Positions 45,675 to 57,600 of a DNA stretch of 64,000 nt are shown here, one piece after another (position 1 is the first letter of the stretch; every line of letters starts with the position of its first letter). Under the pieces are notes generated by a model. It was not told the origin of the DNA and did no database searches. It was given only the letters and a program-made list of their open reading frames with translations. The position numbers and the translations under genes are program-made. Source of the stretch: Setoptus koraiensis (lineage: Eukaryota; Animalia; Arthropoda); assembly GCA_048013815.1 (NCBI GenBank), contig CM106586.1, positions 8,370,001 through 8,434,000 on the forward strand, given 5' to 3'.

Positions 45675-46338
45675 GTGAGTGTGCAATAAATTCAGCTGAT
45701 AATATTTTACACACAACGTAATGCTGCTGTACCAGTAGATTGTTTCTCTTCTTCAATATTAATGGTACTCGATGAATCTGCTATACACAATATAAATTGT
45801 TGTCTAGATGATCGATTTACTATTTGCTGATATATATATTATCAATATCAACACAACAATAAAGACATTTCGACCATAAAATATTATCACAATAAAATAG
45901 ATAGAATTATTGTAAGAGAACTATTTGATTTGTTACGAAACCAACAACAATATTCAACAACAATATTTCATTTTGGCCTCTCCTCCTCATTGCACAACAA
46001 TCACGACTACAGCCAGGATATCATAATAATACTTAAATGATATACTAACGGTGACGCAAACAACGCGGTACAAACGACGACGACGACGACGATCACACAA
46101 GCCCATCACCATGATTTGTGGTCGTTTTTTTTGAGAGGCTCAAAAACAAAAATAATTATCAATCCATATACATTATTAGCATTATTATTGTTAGATCCAT
46201 TATCATCTAAAAAAACTACCATCATCGTTGCAACGATTTTTTCCCTCTATTATAACGAAAAAATACAACAACATATAACACAACCTTAGCATCTTTATCA
46301 GACAAGAAACAACAATATAACTAGTATAGGACGCAACC

Positions 46339-47973
46339 ATGCTTAGGCGATCATCAAGACCAAGAAATTTGACATTATCAAAAGTAAATCACTGCAGTAG
46401 CGATTCGCTAGTTCGTCTCTACCATGCTGACGCGGAACTCAAAGCCATATCCAACGAATTGGACTCTTTCGATGGTAAAAAAGATCCCGTCCGATGCAAT
46501 CTTCTTGTGAACCAATTGAGGACGGCCCAAGATAAAGTTATTAGCCTACTGTTTCAACTGATGGACGAATGTGGATGTGAGCGGGCCTCGCGCGACTACA
46601 GAATGAAATTCCCTGATGAGATACTGCTGACCGAAGGCTCAGAATCACTCAATGGACAAATCTGGTTTGGTGCCGAGTGCCTATCTGCTGGATCTAACAT
46701 TCTTAACCACCACAAAGAGTCCACCATGCTTAGACCAATGGCAAAAACACTGACCACTCATTTGGACTCTTTGCGAACAGAACTGAGAGAGTTAGTCACC
46801 GATGGATGCAGCATCGCTCGAATAGGCAATAGTTTAATCAAAAAGATGGTCTCTTTTGACCACATATTCGCGACATTCGAATATGAATACGTTCGTACAA
46901 TGCTACCCATAAGAACAGTCGAGGAGATAGAAAAACTGCAAGAGGTCGCTGTTCTATTCAGTGAAACTCTCATTGAATGTGTAAAACGAAAGCTTATCAA
47001 AGAAGAAGACATAGCGGAATTTGAGCCCATAGTTATGATTGCTATACCAAGATTAGCTATTGTTCGAGGACTTCTATACGAAAATGAAAATCCAATTTAT
47101 ATGACAAATAAGAGCAAGATGTCTACTCTTTTCCAACCTTTTCATGGACCTCTTAAATCAATAAGGAAACTACTCAAAGATTTACAGCCAAACGAACTAT
47201 TCATGCTGGAGAAGATGCTAGCAAATGATGAGACTGCTGATGAAAGCAATTCAGTTGCTACAGTAAAAACTGGCCAACAATTAAACGAAAACAATATAAT
47301 GCAGCAACAAGAATTGAATGAATCACTGATGAACGAAATGTTACCTGAAACACCCGAGGATGCTGCCTTCAAGGACTTGTTGTTTAGACAATCTCAGCAA
47401 TTATTACATAGGCTCTTTGTTGCCATTTCTGGTGTTGCTGATCAGCTACAATCCAATTTCGCTAGTGACCTCAGATTTATTCTAAAACACATATTTAGCT
47501 CTGAGTTAAATGGAAAAAATGAAGACGAAGATATCAACTCTCAATCACCCGATAGTCAACCACCAATTGAAGAGGCAGTGGAGGTTCAAGAAATCCCTAT
47601 TGCCACTAATGAAACTAGAGACTTAAATGGCGCATCTAGCTCACCTGACGAACATCAACGTAATTTGAATCATAGCGTTTATAGTGAAGCCCTTGATCGA
47701 CAATCGTCTAGAAGACGTTCTAGAAATTCTTCTAATCGCAATAGAGGAATATTGCACGGACCTCCGATATGGGTACCGGATCAGTTGGCTCAGACCTGTA
47801 GTTGTTGTGATATTGGTTTTAATATATTCAGGCGTCGTCATCATTGTCGAAATTGTGGTCAAATATTCTGCGGCGATTGCTCTAAATATACCATGATTAT
47901 CCCCAGATGGGGCTACAATGGTCCAGTGAGAGTTTGTGAGTCGTGCTACTCCTCGAGAGCCATCGATATGTAA
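46339..47973 (+). CDS. ZFYVE28: Lateral signaling target protein 2 homolog, intronless
   Basis: ELDSFDGKKDPVRC..LVNQLR.AQDKV, RASRDYRMKFPDEI and QIWFGAECLSAGS; C-terminal FYVE WVPD..C..C...F...RRRHHCRNCGQIFC..CS...RVC..CY. Confidence 0.95.
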   Translation: MLRRSSRPRNLTLSKVNHCSSDSLVRLYHADAELKAISNELDSFDGKKDPVRCNLLVNQLRTAQDKVISLLFQLMDECGCERASRDYRMKFPDEILLTEGSESLNGQIWFGAECLSAGSNILNHHKESTMLRPMAKTLTTHLDSLRTELRELVTDGCSIARIGNSLIKKMVSFDHIFATFEYEYVRTMLPIRTVEEIEKLQEVAVLFSETLIECVKRKLIKEEDIAEFEPIVMIAIPRLAIVRGLLYENENPIYMTNKSKMSTLFQPFHGPLKSIRKLLKDLQPNELFMLEKMLANDETADESNSVATVKTGQQLNENNIMQQQELNESLMNEMLPETPEDAAFKDLLFRQSQQLLHRLFVAISGVADQLQSNFASDLRFILKHIFSSELNGKNEDEDINSQSPDSQPPIEEAVEVQEIPIATNETRDLNGASSSPDEHQRNLNHSVYSEALDRQSSRRRSRNSSNRNRGILHGPPIWVPDQLAQTCSCCDIGFNIFRRRHHCRNCGQIFCGDCSKYTMIIPRWGYNGPVRVCESCYSSRAIDM

Positions 47974-48283
47974 TTTTGTAGATAGTACCGAACACAAGTC
48001 TTTACACCTCAAGTAGACTATGATAAATTCCGACACTTTTTCTAATGAAAGATACCTGTATCAAATATTGTTTAGAGTTATGCAACGTTTATGTTGTCTT
48101 ATTCAAGAACATCTACTTCGCCGTATCACCAACAGAATCGACTGTTCTAGATGCTAGATAAAGTATTGTTTGCGCTCCATCACATCTGTTTTGCTAGTAC
48201 GCGGTTTAAGGCAGAAATGTTTTTAATAAATGAATTCAAAACAAGAGATGTATGTAAAATAAAATTCATTTTAAGTTTCTCAT

Positions 48284-51200
48284 TTATACAAATGACGTGA
48301 ATCCGGGCAATGGAGCGCGACTTCCAGCCATATTATCTACAATAATTCTTCCACCGTTAAGATTAACGATTGGACTTTCTAATGCGTCTTTTTGACCTTC
48401 ATCCTCAGTTGTTGTTTTGGCGTTCGATCTATCGGTTGAGTCATAGTCCGCCATTTGTCCCGAAGTGTTTCCGTTAGTTAATGCATTGCTTGATGAGGTC
48501 CCCGGCATGTTCGGAACAAGAGGTATTGATGGAGCTGAGCGTTGGGGCAATTTTGGTTTAGTCTTTCCGCCAACCACGTACGATTTAGCATTCTTCTTCC
48601 AGCCAGCAGTTTGCTGACCACCTCTCAAGGTTCCGTTTACATTGGCATAGTGATTGACAAAATGCTTATTTGCCATATTTACATACTCATCATCCTGTTC
48701 AGAATCAGATTCATCCTCAGGACCAGTACTACTAATCTCACTAGGTTTTTCGGTTAGACTCTCTCCGCTGCTGTCATAATTGGATAAAGCATTTGTCATA
48801 CCTTTGGGGGCAGGCGAGTCCTCGAAAACATCGTCATCCCCTTCTTCATCCGAGTAAGCAACGGACCCGGGATGAGGCCGAGGCGGTGATTTCAAGGTAC
48901 CTAGTCCGTTGACATTCGAAGAGAGAGTAGCATTACTACGACGATGTGATTGTGCAGAATTTTGTGCTAGAAGACCAAAGCCAGGATTGTAATTGTTATC
49001 ATGGTCGTCTATGGTGAATCCAGCATCACCAAGTCTATCTTGGCTTGAACATGATTTAATTGCTTCTTGTTGATATTTGTAACTCTTATTCTGAATGAAA
49101 AGTATCGCTGTTATAATGATGGTGATAACAATACTGAGACACGCGCATAATATCACGAACCAACTCTCACGATAAAATGGCAATGTAACTCTCAGCTCTA
49201 AGTCGGTTGTATAGACTGCAATTGTTGCTGGTGCTCCCCATCCTTCTTTAGTTTTAGCCATTACATTGAATAAGTAATGCTTGTATGGTTCTAAATTGGA
49301 CACTTTCAAAGATCTTTCACCACTTGATAGTTCTTGGGCTGCTAGCTCTTTACTGTTTGGTGCATAGAGTCTATAAGAGACAAGATAGTTTAATATCTCG
49401 CCGTTGGGATTATCTGGTACATCCCATAATATCCTAGCACTAGTCTTAGTCACGGTAGGGTAGGATAGATTCGTTGGAGGGCCTGGCGTTCCCTCTAGTG
49501 TTTGAATATTCAGTACACTACTATAAATTCCGTCCCCGACTGAAGTAACGGCACATATTGCTAAATTGTACATCGTATAGGGTGTGAGGTCACTCAGAGT
49601 TGTTCGTTGCTGCTCAGTTGCATTCGATGAAATAAATTTTTGCTTGGACTCTGACAAAGAAGAATGATGATACCTAATCCTGTATCCTTGAATGACACCG
49701 TTCCTATGAATTTCGGGAACTGGTTCCCAATCTAATTGAATGGAAGTTGGTGTCAGAGAAACGCCGTTAAAGTTTGTGGGGCTTGCTGATGGTACATCCT
49801 CTAAAGTCTTTTCCGTGACCCTGCTAACTGAGCTAGGTCCGACGTCATTCAATGCACATATTTTTATAACATATTCAGTGAACTCCTCTAGATTTTGAAT
49901 TACAAAATCTTCAGCAGATGCATCGATAATGATGGACGAATTTGTTGTTGCGGCCAAGTGTTCAACTGGAGACCAAGTGATATTGTAACCTCGTGGATGG
50001 CCCCTCCAAGCAACTAGTGGAAGAGGAACCCACTGCAGTCTTATAGAGGTAGAGGAGGAACTCTTCGCTTTGAATGCCTCGGGTGGTCTTTCGGGTTGCA
50101 TCTGTAATGTTTGGAAGTCAGGCGATGGACTCGATGGGTTTATACTTCTGCCTACAACATTGGCTGGAATTAAACGAATCCGATATTTGGTAAATGGAAG
50201 AAGATTTCTGACGACGACTGCATCGGCCTGGGTATGATTTGTCGAGACGTAAACTTGTTCCCAAACATTGCTCTGATCTACAATTTGAGCTTCTGCTATC
50301 CATTTTTCTATCGATGCATTCCCATCGAATCCGGGTTTGAATTGGATCATCACCGAAGTTGGGCCGATATTTGAGTACGCTAGGTTGCTGGGTGGTAGTG
50401 GGAGAACAGGTGGTATACTGGTCTGAGTTTGATTTATTTTTACCGGACCCTGACCCATGGCAGTGTGTGCATAGATCCTAAACACATACGGTGTCTGTGG
50501 AGTTAGATCCACAATCTTGGTCTCTAAAACATCGGCAGGAAACTCCCTTGAAATCTTGTTATCCGTGGCTGATGCTTCATAGTATTCTAAAGTATAGTGA
50601 TCCAATAAACCATTAGCCTGTTTCGGAGGTTTCCACAAAATTTTTAGGCTTTTATCAAGAACCTCAGCAAACTCCAGAGATTGAACAGCCTCTGGTATAT
50701 CCTGCTTAGTCTTCACTATAACTACGTTGTCATTTGTAGGACCGTCACCGGCACTGGTAAAACAAGAGACAGATATGTAATAATCCGTGAATGGTGTTAG
50801 ATTATCCATCACATAAGAATGTGTTGATGGAACCGGATTGGGTGTTACAGTGTGCTCTCTCGCTAGCTTAGTTCGAGATGAGTCGTACCATGCTTGCACG
50901 TTATATCCTTGGTTTATTCCATTTATATGTTGCGGAGGAGGTGGGTCCCAGAATATCTTGATGGCTGTAGAGTTCAGCGCCTCAGCCACGACTCTCTGGG
51001 GAGACTTATCCGGTTTACCTTCTTTTGTTCTGACGTAAGTACTTGAACTGAATGGACCTACACCTTTTTCGTTCGCTGCTGCAACTTGAATCTCATAATT
51101 TTGCCATACAATCAGATCATCCAATGTGTAATGCAATTGACTTGCGATGGTCACCTCGTGATCGTACCATTGTTGTATACCCTCATAACCTGCCAACCTA

Positions 51201-52885
51201 TGATGTATCTTGTATCCGACCAGCTGACCATTTTGAGTATCATCTGGAGGTGGTGACCAATTTATTGTGATGGAATTTGACGATCTTGGTGCTCCCACGA
51301 CATTCAAGGGCGGCGCACTGGGTGGTTGAGCAGGAATTTCTATCGGAATTTTGGTCTGTTCGCTAGGCTCACCAGTTCCAACTTTATTGGTTGCCCTCAC
51401 TCTGAAGACGTACTTCTTGGCAGGTTTGAGGTTAGATATAATTACGCTAGTATGATCACCTGATATATTCAATGGGACCATTTCCCATGATGCAGCAATA
51501 TCTGTATCTGGATTTTTGATGTCAGGTATGGTGCGCATTTCAATATGGTAACGTATTACTGGGCTGTTGCCATCGAAACCGGGCACCCAGTACACTCGTA
51601 TGGCTGGTCCTTCTCCATCAGAAAGCTCCGCATTTATTTGACTTGGAGGTAGAGGCAATTGTAAGATACTAAGCTCAGCCGATCTAGAATCGCGTCCTTG
51701 CGAAGGCGAGTGAATCGTACAGGTATAATTTCCAACATCTCCATTTCGAACCTGCTCTATTCTAAGTGTTCCATCCACCATCTTGATTCTACCAGAGTTA
51801 GTAGGCAATGTAAGATTTTTTCCGTTGAACAACCAATTGACTGCACTATCATCGAAAAGAGGTTTACATTTAAATTCTGCCGTCGAACCCATCACAACTT
51901 GTTGAGGCTGTGGGTAATCTCTGAACAAGGCTCGCGAATTTTCTGTCTGTGCTGGTTCGGGGGGAACTGTCGATATCGATCCGATGTTAGTGGATGCTGG
52001 AATGAATTTCTCACAAATAAAACTTCTCCTCAGATTTGAATCAAATATAGGTATCAAACCAAACTTTTTTCTTGATTGAGATTGAGAATAAGCAAAAGTT
52101 GAGGGCCTCGATGTGTTATTGGTGCTGTAATCCTCCAGCCAAAAATCAGAAAATGAGTCTGAATCTACATTAGGCTCATTTCTATCTACTCTACTCAAAT
52201 ACGATGCCATCAGTTCTTTGCTCGGCATAATATACCAAACTTTGTTGGCTGTTGAGTTCTTCTCTAACCATCTTGTTACAAACTCATGCTTTTCTTCACC
52301 ATCGAGAGCTATCAGATGAGAGTCCCATTCTTCGCATTTTGTCTTGGCACTCTCAAATGATTTTGGGTTTGATTGAAACTTATAGCAGCCTGAGTGATAT
52401 GGCATCCAGGAAGGTTTGCAATCAGAATGTTGCTCTTGTGCATATGAAACCACAGTGCCTAAAGCAAAGAGAATCAAAACAATTGTGCTAATGTTTAACG
52501 ATAGATTCCTAAATTGGTTTATCACAGAATCCTTAAGAGTAGCCCCACGAGCTCTCTTGCCATAGGAAAAAACTAACGCAGATACAGGCCCATGTGGCAG
52601 ATGTCGCCCTGGATGATGTTGAGCATTGTATGCATTGGTAGTGGTTGGAATGAGATCTGAGTTGAACGAAAGAGGTATCATGTCATCAGTATTTGATGTA
52701 TATGAACAGAATTGATGATTATCATAATAGCTATCTCTGTGAGTTGGGGTATTGATCAGCGGCCTTATCTCGCCAAGATTGCATGGAGTGCTTGAGATCA
52801 GTGTAAGTTTATCCGGATCAATGAGAGTATTGTTTCTATTCCTGGGGATCATCATGTTGCTTGTTCCACGAGTCATGATGGCCAT
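48284..52885 (-). CDS. sdk: Sidekick-derived adhesion molecule: C-type lectin + 1 Ig + 8 FN3 + TM + Sdk tail; intronless, 1533 aa
   Basis: The FN3 series matches Sdk FN1-8 (PGFDGNSP, QPPSAPP..RSS, INGINQGY, PGFDGNASI, RNGVIQGY); TM LPFYRESWFVIL; PDZ-binding end APLPGFTSFV. N-terminal CTL CKPSW..YHSGCYKF...F..A...C...DSHL...SFICE. Confidence 0.9.
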   Translation of the reverse strand: MAIMTRGTSNMMIPRNRNNTLIDPDKLTLISSTPCNLGEIRPLINTPTHRDSYYDNHQFCSYTSNTDDMIPLSFNSDLIPTTTNAYNAQHHPGRHLPHGPVSALVFSYGKRARGATLKDSVINQFRNLSLNISTIVLILFALGTVVSYAQEQHSDCKPSWMPYHSGCYKFQSNPKSFESAKTKCEEWDSHLIALDGEEKHEFVTRWLEKNSTANKVWYIMPSKELMASYLSRVDRNEPNVDSDSFSDFWLEDYSTNNTSRPSTFAYSQSQSRKKFGLIPIFDSNLRRSFICEKFIPASTNIGSISTVPPEPAQTENSRALFRDYPQPQQVVMGSTAEFKCKPLFDDSAVNWLFNGKNLTLPTNSGRIKMVDGTLRIEQVRNGDVGNYTCTIHSPSQGRDSRSAELSILQLPLPPSQINAELSDGEGPAIRVYWVPGFDGNSPVIRYHIEMRTIPDIKNPDTDIAASWEMVPLNISGDHTSVIISNLKPAKKYVFRVRATNKVGTGEPSEQTKIPIEIPAQPPSAPPLNVVGAPRSSNSITINWSPPPDDTQNGQLVGYKIHHRLAGYEGIQQWYDHEVTIASQLHYTLDDLIVWQNYEIQVAAANEKGVGPFSSSTYVRTKEGKPDKSPQRVVAEALNSTAIKIFWDPPPPQHINGINQGYNVQAWYDSSRTKLAREHTVTPNPVPSTHSYVMDNLTPFTDYYISVSCFTSAGDGPTNDNVVIVKTKQDIPEAVQSLEFAEVLDKSLKILWKPPKQANGLLDHYTLEYYEASATDNKISREFPADVLETKIVDLTPQTPYVFRIYAHTAMGQGPVKINQTQTSIPPVLPLPPSNLAYSNIGPTSVMIQFKPGFDGNASIEKWIAEAQIVDQSNVWEQVYVSTNHTQADAVVVRNLLPFTKYRIRLIPANVVGRSINPSSPSPDFQTLQMQPERPPEAFKAKSSSSTSIRLQWVPLPLVAWRGHPRGYNITWSPVEHLAATTNSSIIIDASAEDFVIQNLEEFTEYVIKICALNDVGPSSVSRVTEKTLEDVPSASPTNFNGVSLTPTSIQLDWEPVPEIHRNGVIQGYRIRYHHSSLSESKQKFISSNATEQQRTTLSDLTPYTMYNLAICAVTSVGDGIYSSVLNIQTLEGTPGPPTNLSYPTVTKTSARILWDVPDNPNGEILNYLVSYRLYAPNSKELAAQELSSGERSLKVSNLEPYKHYLFNVMAKTKEGWGAPATIAVYTTDLELRVTLPFYRESWFVILCACLSIVITIIITAILFIQNKSYKYQQEAIKSCSSQDRLGDAGFTIDDHDNNYNPGFGLLAQNSAQSHRRSNATLSSNVNGLGTLKSPPRPHPGSVAYSDEEGDDDVFEDSPAPKGMTNALSNYDSSGESLTEKPSEISSTGPEDESDSEQDDEYVNMANKHFVNHYANVNGTLRGGQQTAGWKKNAKSYVVGGKTKPKLPQRSAPSIPLVPNMPGTSSSNALTNGNTSGQMADYDSTDRSNAKTTTEDEGQKDALESPIVNLNGGRIIVDNMAGSRAPLPGFTSFV

Positions 52886-54050
52886 GTAGAGTTGAGTAAA
52901 TGTGTAATTGGATGAATATCCTTTAGCAACTTGCCAATGTTGCTCTTCTAATGAAATGTTTCAACAAGAAAAACATTTGTGAGTATGGAATCAATCAAAT
53001 CTCTTGATGTTTATTTATAGATGATGCTGCTAATCAGATTGAGTATGATGTTTCTATATAAATGTTTATATAATAATGAATGAAGTGTGTTTTAATAATT
53101 TCGTTTCGAGTAATTCAGACCATGTAGCGATGAAATGTGTTTTAATAAATGCCGAAATTCAATATGATTTCTTGTCACCGAACATAATACTCGCTTTTTA
53201 ACGCGAATCTCTCCTAGCGATGATGTAATATAATGAGTAGCAATTAAGTTGTGGCGCTGAAAGGAACGGTATTCGAAGTTGCTTCGTGCGATGGCAATAG
53301 CATTAGTTCGAATTTGTTATTTTTATCTGATGGGAATGGTCCAACGTTAAACTGTTGCTGATCCTTTTGGCTCAACAAGTGAAGTATATTTAGGGGATGA
53401 GCTGTTATATGAGCTTGATGGTTAATGGTGGACTAATGATGATGCCAAGTGTTTCGTCTAAGTGAGCGTGTGTGTGTGTGTGTGTTAGTGTGTGTTGGAT
53501 TATGAAACTGGCTGAGCTAACAAGTGGAATGGTGTATCACTCAAGCAGGTTTTCTATTCTTCATAGATGATGTTGTCTAAAGCAAGTGGTGATCGTAGTA
53601 TTATGTAATGATCGAATAGATACTAACTGCAGTGTGGACACACAAGATTTGGTGGTGTCAGAATATAACTAGTGTTGCTGTTGCTGATGCTATCAGTTGT
53701 TGTATCAGCAGCGTGGAATTAAGTTAGTGGCTGTCCAGTTTTGTTTTAGGTAGTAGAGTCAATAGTATTGTTGGGAGTTGCAGATAACAAAATAACAAAA
53801 CGCTATAAAATGACGGTATAATAAAAATAATAATAGAAAGATTTTAGTAAGAATAACCTGGCAGATTCTTTTGTTTGAGAGAATGGCTGCACTGTGGCAC
53901 TGCTAGTGGCGATAGTGGCAGCAGTGTGAGTAATGGAACGAGGCTTCTGGTGAAATGTGGACAAGAGCAACAGTTCTACCATAGAACTTCTACGGGTTCC
54001 ATTCCATCATTCCACCTCTGTGTGTGCACAGTGTTGACGTGCCCAAACAA

Positions 54051-54081
<31 letters not shown>

Positions 54082-54666
54082 ACAGTTGACGAACCTGTGA
54101 GTTCTTTGTGTCCACCACTGTTGATGGCTGGTTCAGAAGAACAGTTGAACTTGCGCTCAACTCATTGGCGTGCTCGCTCAGTTCCATCTTCCGCCACCAG
54201 AGCGACCGCTGGTGGGTCGATGCACGGGGGCTGAACTGTCGAACCTAATCGTGCGAGATCAACCAAAAGCACACTCACACATGGGCAAGATTCGATTTAT
54301 ACCCGCTGTGTGTGTGTCTCACTCGAACAAATCAAAACAATATAGGCCAAACGGTCATCATTATTATCGGGCATGAGAACCAACTAATTAAATTCTATTT
54401 TGTCTATCTGTGTTTATTAGAACAAAAGGAACAATAGAAATAGTTTATAGAAACTTCTCAAAAATTATACTGTCACAATTAATTATTTACACACGCGCCA
54501 TTCGTAGCCCTTAGATAACAGTTACAGTTGGATTGCAAATCTTGGGTGTCTATGCGAATATATATGTATATCTATATCTATGCGTATATGTATGCCTATA
54601 TGTATAATTATTACAAAACTATTTGCCAATAGCTATACTGCGTGCACATATTAAACCATGTCCAAT

Positions 54667-57600
54667 CTATAGTCTTATCCTAATGGAAAACTGGACGGCA
54701 TAATATAGGAGTATTTTCATAATGACCAACATGATTATTAAATGCCAGATCCTTGCCACAAGCCAATTATCACCCAAATTAATTGCACGAATTCTATCCG
54801 GAGCAACATCATCACAAGAGGTTATGTTGACACCATAACTGTTGGCGTAAGACAATTGTGTTGCCAAATGTTGGAATATGTCATTCTTGTTGCCCACTAA
54901 CGCCGGCGCTTGTGTTGTTGTCAATGATGTACTAGCAACAGTTGTTGTTAATTCAGTTGAATTAGTACCATCGCCACCATTCTTACTTGCCTCTAATGAG
55001 TCAATCCAGTATTGGGCTAGTGTTCTCATTTGATCGGGTATTCCTACCAATTTTACTGGTTCGCCTGTAATCTCTTGCGGATCACATGGACATATACCAA
55101 ACCCATAACGTGTCAGAGTGATGGCCTCGCAACCAAGCCGATAGAATGACGTTAGACTGATCAATTTCAGTGGCTCAGACAGACGTTTTATGCGTATGGT
55201 AAAACCAGCCAGAATAACCCATGGCAATTGCGATGCTTGTGACACAAATACGGCCGTCTGAATGCTGTTCATTACCAATGCTCCCAAAATTAATGCTTGA
55301 GTTTGTGCTATCAACGAACACAATGTCATAATCAAGCATATGGTCATCATTCTCCATTGTAAATAAGAACTGGGTTGACCAGTCAGCGGATATACCAGAG
55401 CCATTGTTAATGTAGGCATGGTTAGTTCTAATGGCAGATCTGCAATAGTTTTAGCCACGACAAAACTCGACATCGAGTACCATCCATTCCTAGTCTCCTT
55501 CAATAGAACCTGCATATTCAATGGGAAAGATAACGCATTCAAGGCCAGCACTGCGGCCGCAAATGCATACATTATTATAAAGAACATGGATACATTCTCT
55601 ATAGACATGTGGAGCTCCTCTAACATAGATTCAATTCTTTTAGATCCAACAAGTGATGGTATCTGTGTAATATCGATCTCGGGCTCATAATGAGGACAGG
55701 CATTGGCTGCACCTGTCGCTTTACCATAGACGTGAGCCATCAATATGGGTATCATGAGATGGAACAGAACTCTGGATGTCATCAATAATGGATCACGGCG
55801 TATGGTTAATAGTGTTCTATGGGTCAATGTTGCAGTATGAGACCAAAATTTTCCTTTGTGATTTGCCTCGTTGGTAAATTGTAATTGTTCACTAACATAG
55901 AGATTATTGTGTATGTAATTAGTTTTGTTATCTGCCTGATTTTGCGCTCGGCTGTTGAATGCATAATTCTTATGTCCATCCGAGACTTTCTCATACGGCA
56001 AATTAGGTGAATTCATAATAAGTTGGGTGTTGTGCAGATGGTTTTGATGTGTTTGTCCATCGATGGACATAGTAGACAAGCCTCTTGATTTCAAATTTAA
56101 AGAATGATCGAATTCTGGAGAAAACAGGGCTTTTGGTCCGCTTTTCGCGGTCGACTTGGACCCATTGTCACTATGATGATATAAATGATTTTTCAAAATG
56201 ATACCACTGTCCCTCTCTTGGTGCTGTACATAGGGTATACTACGTCTATATTGTTGGTATTGATCGTTCGCCATGAATACTCGGCGCTGATGGTCACTGA
56301 GCGCCTCAATAGGCTCGATTCCGTATTCCTCTGACGCGATCTCAATAAGAAATGAGGCCGGATCAACTGCGGCAATTCCCGAGGATAAACTTGGACCACC
56401 GCTAGAGCTTATTGCGTTCGGTTGAATACCGCTAATATTGGTGATAGTTTCTAAAGCTGTTTCTGGTCCGCCTTCAAATATAACACGGCCTCCATTGGCT
56501 AATATATACACATGGTGAAATAAATTAAATACCTTAGGTTGTGGCTGATGTATAGTAACTATTATGGCCATCGGTTTGATATAATCGTTGTTTGCCGACA
56601 ATTCAACCAAATCTCTTAGCATGGATACAGTCTTAAAGCAAGTTAACGAATCCAATCCCGAGGTAGGCTCATCTAAAACCAAAATATCCGGATTTGACAG
56701 TAGTTCTTGAGCAATAGACACACGCTTGTGCTGGCCACCGGAAATCTTCTTTATTTTGGCACCGCGGCAACGTTTCAAGCCCAACAAATTCACCACCTAA
56801 TGAAAGCAGACAAAAAGAGTTAAAACTTTAGCTTAGCAACAACAACAACAACAAAAAACATTCAGAATACAGACTCTATATGCCGTAGGGACACTTTACC
56901 TTTTCGATGTTCTTGGCGTGATCGAAACCTCGTTCAGGATTCTTGATTTTGGACGCAAACCAGAGATTCTCTTCTACAGTCAAAAGATCCAGCAAGTGGT
57001 CTGACAATGGAAATAGACAAATTTGAAGATAGAGTTATTTCAATCGCTACAACAAACACAAAACAGCTAGACAATTAAAATATAAATCTCTACCTTTCTG
57101 TGGAATTGTACACATTTTCAATTTTTTCCCATTTGCTCCAATGAGATTGATGTGACCAGTCACGCCATTCCTAAATTTACCTGTCAAACAATTTAATAGG
57201 GTAGTTTTGCCAGCACCTTTCGATACAGAAACATAGTAATTAGTATGGATTAAAACGAGAATATAACTGTACATAACAGTAATTGTATGTAGTATTGAAC
57301 TTGATGAAACTTGCCAACTCCAGCAACACTTTCAAGGCTTGTTATCATTATACGCTATAGTAGCCTAAAAAGAGAGAAAGAGAAAACTTACTAACCACTA
57401 TCATTAGTGGCAATCTCTATCTGTCTGTATCATGATTGAATCTAGTTTTTGTTTGCATTTGACTAGATAGATATATATATATATATATATATATGTCAGA
57501 ATGTATCTCTTCGAATCGATGATCGCGCAAATTGATCAGCGAGTATCAATGAGAAAAACAAATAAATAAATAAATAATAATAAATGGATTTAAATCCTTG

